In this document: positions 35,658 through 46,400 of the stretch, piece by piece | Layout of the letters: the number at the start of each line of letters is the position of its first letter | How positions within the stretch are numbered: the stretch's first letter is position 1 | Origin: Fistulifera solaris | Taxonomy: Eukaryota | Reading direction: 5' to 3' | Length of the DNA: 64,000 nt | Assembly: GCA_030295235.1 (NCBI GenBank) | Contig: AP026172.1 | Span: 434,001 to 498,000 of the forward strand | The notes under the pieces: generated by a model | Databases searched by the model: none | Seen by the model: the letters and a program-made list of their open reading frames with translations, nothing else | What the model was told of the DNA's origin: nothing | Made by a program: the position numbers and the translations under genes

Positions 35658-37310
35658 CTAACTGGATGGTGGTGGAGATTCGTTCGCTACAGGAGACGTG
35701 CTTCCCCCGGATGCACTTGAAGGGGATGTCGTGACCGTTGGTGCCACCGTCCCAGCTGGCGCCGGAACGATACTTCCCGATGCACTTGAAGGTGATGACG
35801 TAACTGTCGGTGCTCCCGTCCCTGTGGGAGCCGGTACCGCACTTGCCGTCGCACTCGTAGGAACTGCCGTGACTGTCGGTGCAGTAGTTCCAGCTGGGGC
35901 TGGAGCAACACTTCCTCCAGACGCACTAGATGGAGAATTTGTGACAGTTGGTGCTACTGTTCCTGTTGGAGCTGGGGCAATACTTCCCGTTGCACTGGAA
36001 GGCGATGTCGTGATAGTTGGAGCTAATGTTCCTGTTGGAGCTGGAACTGTGCTTCCTGTGGCACCTGAAGGAGATGTCGTGACAGTCGGAGCCACCGTTC
36101 CTGTTGGAGCTGGAACCGTGCTCACCGTTGCTCCCGAAGGAGATGTTGTGACGGTTGGCGCCACCGTGGCAGTCGGTGCCACCGTCCTTGTTGGAGCCGG
36201 CACGGTGCTTACCGTCTCACTTGTAGGAATCGCCGTGACGGTTGGTACCACTGTTCCAGTTGGGGCCGGCACAGTGCTTCCTCCCGCCACACTTGGTGCT
36301 GGGCTGACGCTTGGTGACGCGGTCACCGTTGGAGACACAGACACTGTGGGTGCGACCGTTGTACCAGTTCCAGTAGGGCTCGGCGCAAGCGTGCTCGAAA
36401 TCGGTGAAGTAGTCACGGTGGGAGCTATTGTTCCTGCTCCGGTCGGAACCAGCGATTCCGTTGGCGTAATGATGGCAGGCTCCGTAGTGGGAGTAGCGGT
36501 ACCACTTCCCGTGGGGCGAGCGCTTGTACTTGGGGCGGGACTCACACTGGGAGAGGGACTACCCGACGTGGTGTCACCAGCGGAAGGACCAATGGTAGGC
36601 GAGTTCGTAGGGCTACCAGGTAAAACAGATGGCCCGGGAGAACTCACGTCAGTTGTCAGAGCGGTTGGCGAAGGGGTCACGGAAGGCACAGTTGTGACGG
36701 GCGCATCTGATCTTCCTTCTGACGATGCTATCGTAGGTGCCCCAGTTTGACCAACGAATGTGGGGGCGTCAGAAATGGTCGGTGCAAGAGAAGGGGAGGA
36801 TGCCGGTGGTCCGCGAGGTGCGAAAACACTCAAAAATATTGATGAGTAACTTCCTTCTGGTTTCGGCGTCCAATTCTCGGGGAACACCGAGAGGAAATCC
36901 TTCACTGTGTCCGTGACCAATTTGGCGCTGACAGGCGAACGTGTGGGCGTAGTTTGCTGAGCTTGCGACTCGGTCTCCGGTTCAGGCTCGGGGTCGCGGT
37001 TGCCGCTAAAAATATTCGTAAAGATATTCAAATACGTTCGAGTACTCGTTTCTGGAGTATCGGTGTTTTCTTTGGTCGATACGGATGACTCTTCACCAAA
37101 AACGGACCGAATATTGAGCACATTGAAGAGCCTACGCTCATTAGACTCTAGTTGTTGGGTTTGCGACGACATAAGTGTCTTCCGACTTGATCGTACGCGG
37201 CCTTTCACGGCATTATCCCGTTCGAGCCCTGTTTCTTGGCCTATTGCAATTTGCGCCGCGACTCCAAACGTCGCATGTAACGCGAAGAACAGAATCGGCA
37301 AATTTCGCAT
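35658..37310 (-). CDS. Secreted Pro/Thr/Ser-rich (mucin-like) repeat protein
   Basis: 550-aa ORF with signal peptide MRNLPILFFALHATFGVAA, an ERRL motif, and a C-terminal half of tandem (V/A)PAPTGTVAPTVTTSPS repeats. Confidence 0.75.
   Translation of the reverse strand: MRNLPILFFALHATFGVAAQIAIGQETGLERDNAVKGRVRSSRKTLMSSQTQQLESNERRLFNVLNIRSVFGEESSVSTKENTDTPETSTRTYLNIFTNIFSGNRDPEPEPETESQAQQTTPTRSPVSAKLVTDTVKDFLSVFPENWTPKPEGSYSSIFLSVFAPRGPPASSPSLAPTISDAPTFVGQTGAPTIASSEGRSDAPVTTVPSVTPSPTALTTDVSSPGPSVLPGSPTNSPTIGPSAGDTTSGSPSPSVSPAPSTSARPTGSGTATPTTEPAIITPTESLVPTGAGTIAPTVTTSPISSTLAPSPTGTGTTVAPTVSVSPTVTASPSVSPAPSVAGGSTVPAPTGTVVPTVTAIPTSETVSTVPAPTRTVAPTATVAPTVTTSPSGATVSTVPAPTGTVAPTVTTSPSGATGSTVPAPTGTLAPTITTSPSSATGSIAPAPTGTVAPTVTNSPSSASGGSVAPAPAGTTAPTVTAVPTSATASAVPAPTGTGAPTVTSSPSSASGSIVPAPAGTVAPTVTTSPSSASGGSTSPVANESPPPSS
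35690..36420 (-). repeat. Degenerate coding tandem repeat, about 23-24 aa (~70 bp) per unit, roughly 8-10 copies
   Basis: Recurring units such as STVPAPTGTVAPTVTTSPSGAT, with synonymous divergence at the DNA level. Confidence 0.75.
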
Positions 37311-38703
37311 GGATAACCCAGTGTGATTGAAAAAGCGGATTAGAGGTCTTTTTCAGCGAATGAAAGTAATAGTTTTGCCCATCACAAAGGGACGAATGAA
37401 CAACCGCTTCTTTCGGTGAAGAGATAAAAGAAAATCTTGAGAAGGCAAGGCATCGGTTTCAAGTATTTAGGAGATTTTTATGGTGGCTTTGGGATCTTTC
37501 TAGATGAACGGAAAGTTTATCACCTAAATACTTCTAATTTTTGCTGATGATGATACTCCGATGTACTAAATGCAATTACCCTTTAAAAAATTTGATAGAC
37601 CAGTGTACGTGTCACATCTACTTTCAAATAATTTCAAAAACAATAAGTCCATAACCTGATGTGGAAACGAATCACGAATTTATTCGAGTCCTGTGTGTAC
37701 TTGTACTTTTGGTCGTCTGGCTCGTAGCTCGCAGGACCCTCACGATTTTCATTCAAAGATGCAAAAGTCATTCGAGGTGAGTCACGAGTCAAACATCATA
37801 GAGTTTACCAAGCCGGCACCCAGCATGCTGGCGAAATGTTCTGTCATTTGGCCTGACTCATGACTCCTGACTCCAGACGCAGAACTCTGCAAACTGATGC
37901 ACTCAATAAAAAATACCACTTTGCGGACGTTCCAGTTTTGGCAAAGAAAGAATGCTCTGACCAAAAGTTCCCAATTCCCAACAAGCAAAAGTAAAATTTA
38001 CTACGGAGTATATCTGTAACCTTACCAGGTAGGGCAGTCACTACCGTTTTATAGTGCTCATAACCTTTATTTTTGCAGGGAAAGTGAGTCATGCGTCCAT
38101 CTTCTATTTGCCAAAGCGGGCAGCAAGACCTTGTTTGGGAAATAGGACCGAGTCTTGTTGCCAAATCTTCGGAAAAGAAAAAATTGAGGAAATTAGAATA
38201 AATATTAGTTTAATCGTTATTTTATGAAAAAACTTTTTGCCTCTCTATTTGCCACAACTAATTAATATTATTCCTAATTTTTTTTTAATCGTCAGAATCT
38301 AACCTTGACATTCCACAACTGGTTTTTGAGTACCAGTTGGGCAATAACTCTGATTCAGGAGTAGTATTTTCCTGCGGTAGTGACTGCTCTTATTAGGCCT
38401 TTTTATCTTTTAAAAAATCACGTAGAAGTGACTCTGTAGACCGTAGACGGTGGACGCTGGACGCGAATAATTTTAGGCCTCAACAAAAAGAACGATGAAC
38501 GACGACACGACATTGATGGCTTTGAGGCTTTGAGGCTTCAGAGCTCCAGAGTTAGAGTGCTTATTATCCGGTCTCTTAGTCGTCTTGGCCTTCCTTCTCC
38601 CTGTATTCCTGCAAGGTGAAGAAAATTACTCCGGGCTTCTTACTGGTATCAACTTCTCTGAGATTCCCCTGGTGAGCTTCTATTACTTTGCAATCAACCG
38701 ACG

Positions 38704-40332
38704 ATGTCTGTATTAATAGCTTTACCGGATGATCCACTGCAGCTAATTACGGCATTCTTGCCACCCAAGGATATTGCACATTTTCTTTGCTGCAGCCGAA
38801 GCTTTCACAGCAAATTCAACAATTCCCATATGTTCTGGACTCGTCTTCTACGTGAGCAGTTTCCCCAAACAAGCCTTGAAAAAGTATGTTCTGTGACGAA
38901 AGATCCGAAAGAAGCTTTTTTGGTGGAAGCTGGTGCTCGCGATCTGAACTCGGTCAAATGGATTCGCCTGGAGCAAGGAAACACTTGGCCGTCCAATCGT
39001 GAAGGCCACCTCTGTGCGAGATTGGGAAACTTCATTGTTATAACAGGTGGTTTTACCGACGATGATGATGTGTATGTCTATGACTTATCGGCAAGTAATA
39101 CGAGCAAGACTTTCGCTCGAATCAGACCTACCGTGGAAGCGCATCAAGTTCAAGAATCACCCGATCCTACCAGTAGCCCTCAAGCAGCCGTTTCTCATTT
39201 AGCAAGTCCCCAACCTTTATTCGTCTATGGAGCGTCTTTCACGGCTCTCGACTCAAATAGAGCAGTACGTTTCGGGGGCTTTTGTTCCGGTGGTTATTCC
39301 TCAGAAATTGGTCAGGTTGTGTTGTTCACGTTGAATGGTACGTCAGCGTCGTGGCGAGTCATTTCCTGCAAGTTGCAATCGGGTGGTGACCCGATGAGCC
39401 AGGACGGGTCGCTTCGGTTAAGTCGAGCGTATCATACTGCGACTTTGCTGTTTGATCGGTATTTGCTGATTCTTGGAGGTATGCAGAGAAGCGAATCGAC
39501 TTGGGAACCGGTCATTCTCGACACGCTGACGTGGACTTGGCTAGATCAAGATATTCCCCCGTCTGCAGCAACAGCTATGCATCCATCGAATCGACATGGA
39601 CATTCGGTAATTGTCGACCCGGTCCGTAATAGGTTAATGCTCTTCGGAGGTGGCGATGGGTCGGATTTGTTACGATCCGGTAGAGATAACACCGAAGTTT
39701 GGGAGTGCTCACTGCCTTCGCAGCATAATGATCTCGGTGTTTTTGTCAGCACAATGTGGAATTGCCTTCAAGAAGATCAGATAGCGACCATCCTTGGTTA
39801 TGCAAATGGGGGAAATGGTGAGATGATGACTGGACATGACGATAACAACTCCCACCTTCTTACCGCTGTAGAAGCACTCTGTCTTGGTAGATGTCATTCC
39901 GCTTTTCGCGTGAGTCGCGACAAGGTGGTAATAGCATTTGGATCAGGTCGACCATCTACCAATGGGATTCTGGGGTATGATTTGGCTAAGAATGTCTTTT
40001 GGAGGCCCAAGATATTGGGAAAACTTCCACTACCTCGTTTTACTTTCGCTTCGGTGTTTTTGGAAGAATACGGGTACATCTTCTTTCATGGTGGCTTCTC
40101 TAGTCAGCACGGATCTAGTATCGCGGATGGTTGCTTTCTTGACCTTGCTGGAAGTTTCAATCGTGCTTGTTTAATAATGAGAAAAAACTCTAGTGCGATG
40201 CCAAATCCGACTCCAACGAATGCCACGGCGTTGCAGGAACTCGAATTTCTCTATTCAGATTCTAGAATCGGTGCAAGGTCAAGATCACTGCTCCAATACC
40301 TTCAGGCACTGGCCCAGGGCGGGCAGCAATAA
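38704..40332 (+). CDS. F-box/kelch-repeat protein
   Basis: N-terminal F-box LPDDPLQLITAFLPPKDI. Kelch repeats PSNREGH..GG, RAYHTATL..LGG, RHGHS..FGG and PLPRFTFAS..HGG. Confidence 0.85.
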   Translation: MSVLIALPDDPLQLITAFLPPKDIAHFLCCSRSFHSKFNNSHMFWTRLLREQFPQTSLEKVCSVTKDPKEAFLVEAGARDLNSVKWIRLEQGNTWPSNREGHLCARLGNFIVITGGFTDDDDVYVYDLSASNTSKTFARIRPTVEAHQVQESPDPTSSPQAAVSHLASPQPLFVYGASFTALDSNRAVRFGGFCSGGYSSEIGQVVLFTLNGTSASWRVISCKLQSGGDPMSQDGSLRLSRAYHTATLLFDRYLLILGGMQRSESTWEPVILDTLTWTWLDQDIPPSAATAMHPSNRHGHSVIVDPVRNRLMLFGGGDGSDLLRSGRDNTEVWECSLPSQHNDLGVFVSTMWNCLQEDQIATILGYANGGNGEMMTGHDDNNSHLLTAVEALCLGRCHSAFRVSRDKVVIAFGSGRPSTNGILGYDLAKNVFWRPKILGKLPLPRFTFASVFLEEYGYIFFHGGFSSQHGSSIADGCFLDLAGSFNRACLIMRKNSSAMPNPTPTNATALQELEFLYSDSRIGARSRSLLQYLQALAQGGQQ

Positions 40333-40455
40333 CTAAAGGCAGTGGTGACACCCCCAACGTGAGTGACTAGTGATTGAGTAGCCAAATTAAAAATATTAAT
40401 CTTGGATACTTGTTTACTTTAGATTCTGATAGCCTCCTGGTACTGTAGCCACATT

Positions 40456-43400
40456 TTAAGAGTTCGTGTTACTGTAGTCTTTCAGAAAGAATCTGCGGCT
40501 TTTAAGATCGTAAGGCCGTCTTGCTGGTGGGTCTGAACCACTTACAAAACCGACGAGATTGAGGGAATTAAACTTCCAAATGCTACCTTGTCGTCCAGAG
40601 GAACCACTGTCATCCCAAAGCTTCTGCATATTCGTGCTTTCCTTGCACCAGTCGCGTGGAACGCACCGCATCATGTCAACTTTCGGCTGTTGATCGGTCT
40701 TCGATCCGATAAAACCTAAAGCAACAAACTCTTCTCCTGGTGGAACTGGTTCCCACGCATAGAAATGGTTGTTACCGTGTGTCAGACTCCAGGCTAGGCG
40801 GAACCTGGCAGGATGGGGTAAATATTTGTTCAAAACATGAGGTAACCAGCTACTACCACCAACCCAGCCGCTAGAAGTATCCGTAATCTCAAGGCAAAGG
40901 CGTTCGTTGCCGTCACGAAGTGGATTATCATACCCGTATCCAGCAAAGTGTCCTAAGCAAATTGCGGCTTTGTTCTGCTTGAAGCCGCCAGCTTGAATGG
41001 AAGGATTCCAAATGGAAATCTTGTCCCTGCTCATGCTTCCCTGGCTATTCCAAATCAAGTTAAATTTCGTAATCTTCTTCACTTTAATTTTGATAGAGGC
41101 CAAAACTGGTTCTGGGATCACAACTTTCAGTGTACCGGAATCCTCAGAAGGCATCGGTGGAAGAGGAACCCCTGCGTTGAATGACATGGATGGTGCCATA
41201 TCACTCTCATCCTCGAAACCAACGGCGGCCTTGAACTCTTCGAGATTAATGAATCCATCGTTGTCTTTGTCAAGTTCTTTCATAAATCCAGCGACAAGAG
41301 CAGGGTCAAGTTTAAGACCCAGCCAGTCCATACCTTTTCTCAAGTCTTCTTGGTTCAACAGACCATCCCGGTCTCGATCAATTGCTGCAAACGCATCCCG
41401 CGGATACATTCCCCTCGATTTCAGCAAAGCAGTGATTCGCCCTGCTGCAATCTTATAGTTAAGAAGATGGTGCTCATCTGCTGTAATGAAGACCTTCGAA
41501 AGCGATGTTGTTTCTGGGGCGATTTCTTTGCGCCTTCTATTACTTCGTACTTCGCAGAAAAAGTTGTACCGTCTTTCTAAATCGTTGTTCTGCAATGACC
41601 TGAGCAGAAGCGTTAACTCTCTTGGGCGGTAGTTTACTTGGCTATCAATGAAGCGGTAACAAGCCTGTGCCGTAGAATCCTGGAAGCTCTGTGCTGCTTC
41701 GTAACCATGTGTGGAATCTAGCGTCGTGCGTTCAGTTCGGAGAGATAATGCAGTGTCTCTTCCTGGAATAAGGGGAAGCATAGACTGCTGGTGAATAGCA
41801 GCTCTCATACACTCAGCTTCAAAGAGAGATAAAGCAACATAGAAGCGGCCTGCTTGCACTCTGTAGAACATCCGCTGTGTTAGGTAATGCTTGAGCTCGT
41901 CAAAAGTGATCGTGCGTGATTGCAGATCAGGTAGATTTCCAAAGAATTTGTCCCCGTCTTCACCGTCAACATCGACATCAACAGCTCGAAGCACCTCCCG
42001 CAGCTCAGCTACAGAGATTGTCGCAGACGTTTCCAATTTGTCACCAGCTGACCCTAAAAGGCTGTTTTCAACATCTTCTCCTGTTCGCGAGTGAGCGGTT
42101 TACCGACTGATGCGATTTCTTGAAGTGCACTTTTGGATGGGTAAAAATCCATTGTAACAATGACATTCTTGAGCCTTCGGTGAGTTTTCGTACTCCACTG
42201 TTTGTTGTAGTAGTTGCGTGAAATCAGCATGTAGTCGGGGAACTCGAGGGAGACGCCTTTGGAAAACATATAGTTTTTGACGGAAAACTCGGACGCGGGG
42301 TAGAAGTACTTTTGAAATGGCTTGACCTCATTACCGTCTGTCTTGGAGTTCACGTCTGCATTGTGAGCTAGCGACTCGATTTGCCAAGGAGTAGGCATCT
42401 CGTCATCCCTGGAGTATTTCTTCTTTTCGCCGATTCATTTACTACTTCTTCTTCCTCTTCTTCCTCCTCCTCTTCTTCTTCCTCCTCCTCCTCTTCTTCC
42501 TGTTCACACAAAGAATACAACAATGAGTTACATCAAGAGAAATTGATTCTTGGCACATATTGATACAAACCTGTTCTTTCAAGACTTCTTCCTCCGCGAC
42601 TTGTTCTTTCTGAAGCTCGGCGTCCTGATCTTCCTCTGCTGCTTCTGCCACAGATGGCTCACCGAATTTTTGCTTCGCGAGCCCTTCCGAATTGACAAGA
42701 ACCATCAAAATCTTATCAATTACAGCTTTGTCATAGTCGGACTTGATGAACTCCTTTCGTCGTAGAACAGTGTTACGCAGTTTTTCCGACAGGGGGGTTG
42801 GTATAGGAATACTGTTGGGAACAAGGAAGTCAAGTCTTTCGGTGAGAACATCCAAACACTTCTGGATACTATCGATTCCAATCAGTTTGGTTGCTGTCGA
42901 TGATCCAACTGTTCCAGCTTGAACTACCGCTAAGATTGCGTCGAAATCTTCAGAAGAAAAGTTCGTAGTTTGAAGGTCAAGTTCGAGATCTCCGTCTATG
43001 TCGTTTCCGGATTTGTTCGAGCCCCTATTCGCCAGAACGGCAAACTCTTTGACGCGATGTGCGAATGCAAGCTGTGTCAATTCGCGGTAGCTAGTTGTCA
43101 ACAAGCTATAACAACGCTTTCTAGAGACGTTGTCGATACTCTGGTGGCATAACATGCGAAACTGCATGTTTTCGCTTTTCATTCCATTAACAGTTAACCA
43201 CGCGGCGACATTCACGAGAAGCTGTTTGTTGCTCGTCTGAGAGACTAGCGCGTTGCTAGTTGGCCCAGTCGATAATGGAGAAGCAATACCAAAGGGGTCG
43301 GAGGTTGAATTTGGGTAAGAGTGGACTCCATTGTTTCCGTGGACAATGTTACTGCTGAGACGCCGATACTGGTCGTCCACTAATCTCATTACCTCAGGAA

Positions 43401-46400
43401 TGATGAAAAGTTCAATGGTCTGACCTTTGCCGATACCGCGCATACGGAAAGCACCTTGGGCATAATCGCGAAAAGTCATATCTTTTCCAAGGGTAAGAGC
43501 GGCTCGCGCATCGATTGCTTGGTGAATATCCATTCCGGTTGTGTGAATCTGGTCGTAAAAGGAAAATCGGCGGTGGGGAGGGATTCCAGACTGGTTTAGT
43601 CTAACCACATTCATGCCGTTTCTCATTAAAATCATTTTGCGATCTTTGTGGTCGAGGAAAACAACACCATCGAATTCTGGTGGAAGCCCATAATTAAGCA
43701 AAAACTTCGCGACGTCGAAGTTGCTCATGCCCGTTACGAGTGCTCCGCAGTCGAGCAGAACATGGAATGGAGGCCGTGCGGTTGCGATGTCAGTTAACAG
43801 CTTTGTAACGGACCAGTCAGCGTCGAGCAAACGGCTGCTCACGATTGATTCAGATGTGAGATAATCGATTATCTGACCATCAACACCTTCATCATACTCG
43901 CATTGACCAAGTTCCTCTGGAAGTAGATCACTCGGCGTCCCGCTAAACCCAACTCGTTTACCAAACAACATGTCGCCGCCGAGATCCTGTCCAGATGCAC
44001 TTATTTTGTCGTGATGATGCTCCATTGTTAGCGGGAACACAAAGGTATGCAAATAATACTGGAGAACGCTTGGGATATTTTGAAGAAGTTTGTAAGTGAC
44101 GCTCATGTGCTGGTCGTCTTTTACGTCAAGAAGATGTAAAGGCCATATATCATCGGCGCCTCGGGCGCCAATCCGTCCAGCTGGCGCCTTGAAGAAATCC
44201 GCCTCTGGATCATCTTTGTTGCCCCTTTCGCCTTCACCTTCCCTAGGGCCCCTTACTTTCCCACCAGCCTCCTCGACCCAAGCCTTGTACTTAAGGGCTG
44301 CCGGTCGCTTGTGAAAAGGACCGAATTCAGAATCCAGCTGTTCTCGAAGGACTCCGATTACATTTTCAAAATCAGAAAAACGCAAGCCTTCATAGCGGTA
44401 TGCCAAAATCGTCAATCCAATGACGATATCAGGGTGGGAAAATTGGCTTGCTCTGCTGGGAATGTCCTTTCCAACAAAGGGAACAGCAGCGAGACGTCGC
44501 GATAAGGAAACGCTGGATTCCGTCTCTAGGGTCAATTTTAGATCGAGCTTTGACAGCAGCCCATAGCTTACGCGGTTGATCTTGCTTAAAACATGAGGCA
44601 GGAAATTCCTCAGCAAGTCGTGGCTTAGATTCAGCATTTTCATGTAGTCATCGTCGAGAGCAACGTGAACAGCAGATGCGGCTTGGCGATCCTTTAGCGG
44701 TCCGTTCACCATGTATGATATCAGATGTCTATCCTCGACTGTCGGAAGACGTTTGTGTCTGAGATAGAGAAGCTGCCACCTCGCCATGAGAGGTTTCAGT
44801 TCTCTATGATAAAAGGTCTTGTTTAACAGAACAAGGTGCGGAGTGTGCTGAAGATGCTTTTCAACAATGCCTTTCCGAATAACAGCGGCAATTTCTTGCA
44901 AGACAGTTATGGCCTCTCTGCTGTCCTTGAAATCGACTGACATTTTTCCAACCGATGCGTAAAATACCCCATCAATGAGATGCCAGAACAGGTCCCAGCG
45001 AATTCCGATGCCCAGTTTCCCGCGCGAGTAATCGATAGGATCTTTGTGACCGATTGGCCAATTTAGCTCCGATTTCAAGGGGTGCAAGATCAAGTCCACT
45101 TCGTCCAAAAGTAAACAGCCACTCTTGAAGAGCTTCAGAATCTCAGTGCAGTAATAAACATCCTGGGGCTCAACGTCGAATTCCACAGTCTCGACTTGAT
45201 CACGGAAACGTTTGGCAATCGCAGAAAGAGAAAACGCTCCGAAGATTCCATTGTTTCGGGCTGCTCTTCTAGCAGCCCCAAACTTCTTCTCCTCCAAAAT
45301 CTTCATCATTTCGACAAATTTCAGCATAAAAGATTTAATACTCGTCGGTGTAGCACAGATGACAGCTTTGCTGTCCCGTGCTTTGCATAGCTTGAGGTAA
45401 AGGTCCCTTGTGATTTTCGTCCCGCGGCTGAAGCTGAATGTGAATATGGGCTTCCTCACAACCGCTGCAGAATTTTTCTCGCATCACACCTCGTGAAAAG
45501 TCAAGGAGTGCATGCGGAACAACCTGGGTGACCAAGGATTTACCATCGGCTAGAATGAGAGCCAGAAGCGGAGTAACAACGGTTGTCTTTCCAGCTCCCA
45601 TGATCATTTGGTTGCACATCGATCGGCCGCTTTTCATTGCACCGATGAGTTTGTTTACCAGCAGCACTTGACTTTTTCGTAGCATCAACGAGTAAGTGAA
45701 TTCAAATACAAGATATCTTGGATCAAACTCGATAAAATTGCCATCGGGAGTAGGAGTCATGAAATGCCTCTCATTCGAAATATCAGCGGCTACTTTAGAG
45801 GATTGCAACTTGATTTCCTGGCTCATTCGTGACCTCGCGTGAGCATTTTTAGTGCCGTTTATGCTGGAGAGAAGCTTATAGAGCTTCGACAAACTGAGGC
45901 AAAGCAGATGGTGAGATAAAACAATTGATAGGTTGAGAATCAGATTATAATTCATACCTTGAAAGTGCACGGTGAGTTTGGGAGATTCTGATCGAGGTAA
46001 GCATCGCGACAACTGTCAAACTGGTGACTGTTTTGTATGCGACAGGCGACAGGTGCGGATTGAGTGATCGGATGTCATATTCAGAATTTGTCGATAAAAT
46101 TGAAGCAACCAGCAGTTCAAACCAAGGCACTGGTTCACGTTCGCCAACTTGACCAAGACGAAATCTCAAGAAGTTTATTTCATTGTGCACGTTGTCTGGC
46201 GAGGGCGTGTCGCTTCTTTCATCACTGGCGGCGATGGCGAGAGCCCGCTTCATCAGATTCCATAACGATTTCCTATCAAATTGCATCGCTTGATTCAGAG
46301 ATTTGATAAGCTTGTTCAGCTGCTCCAAGGCCTTGGCCAGCCCAGCTGGGTTGGTGTGAAATGCGTCCACTTCAGCGGGCGTGAAGCCAATGAGCATAGG

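Noticed and set aside
35690..36420. Regular ~70-bp periodicity considered as a CRISPR-like array
   Set aside because: The repeats are degenerate at synonymous positions and in frame within a CDS. There is no repeat-spacer structure or cas gene, and the context is eukaryotic.
35698..36750. 350-aa plus-strand ORF rich in V/G/A/T
   Set aside because: It is the antisense shadow of the Pro/Thr/Ser repeat gene. The minus-strand ORF has the signal peptide and a proper start.
42444..42499. Pure CTT/CCT pyrimidine tract
   Set aside because: It encodes a poly-Glu linker in the giant protein directly after an intron, and is not a separate element.
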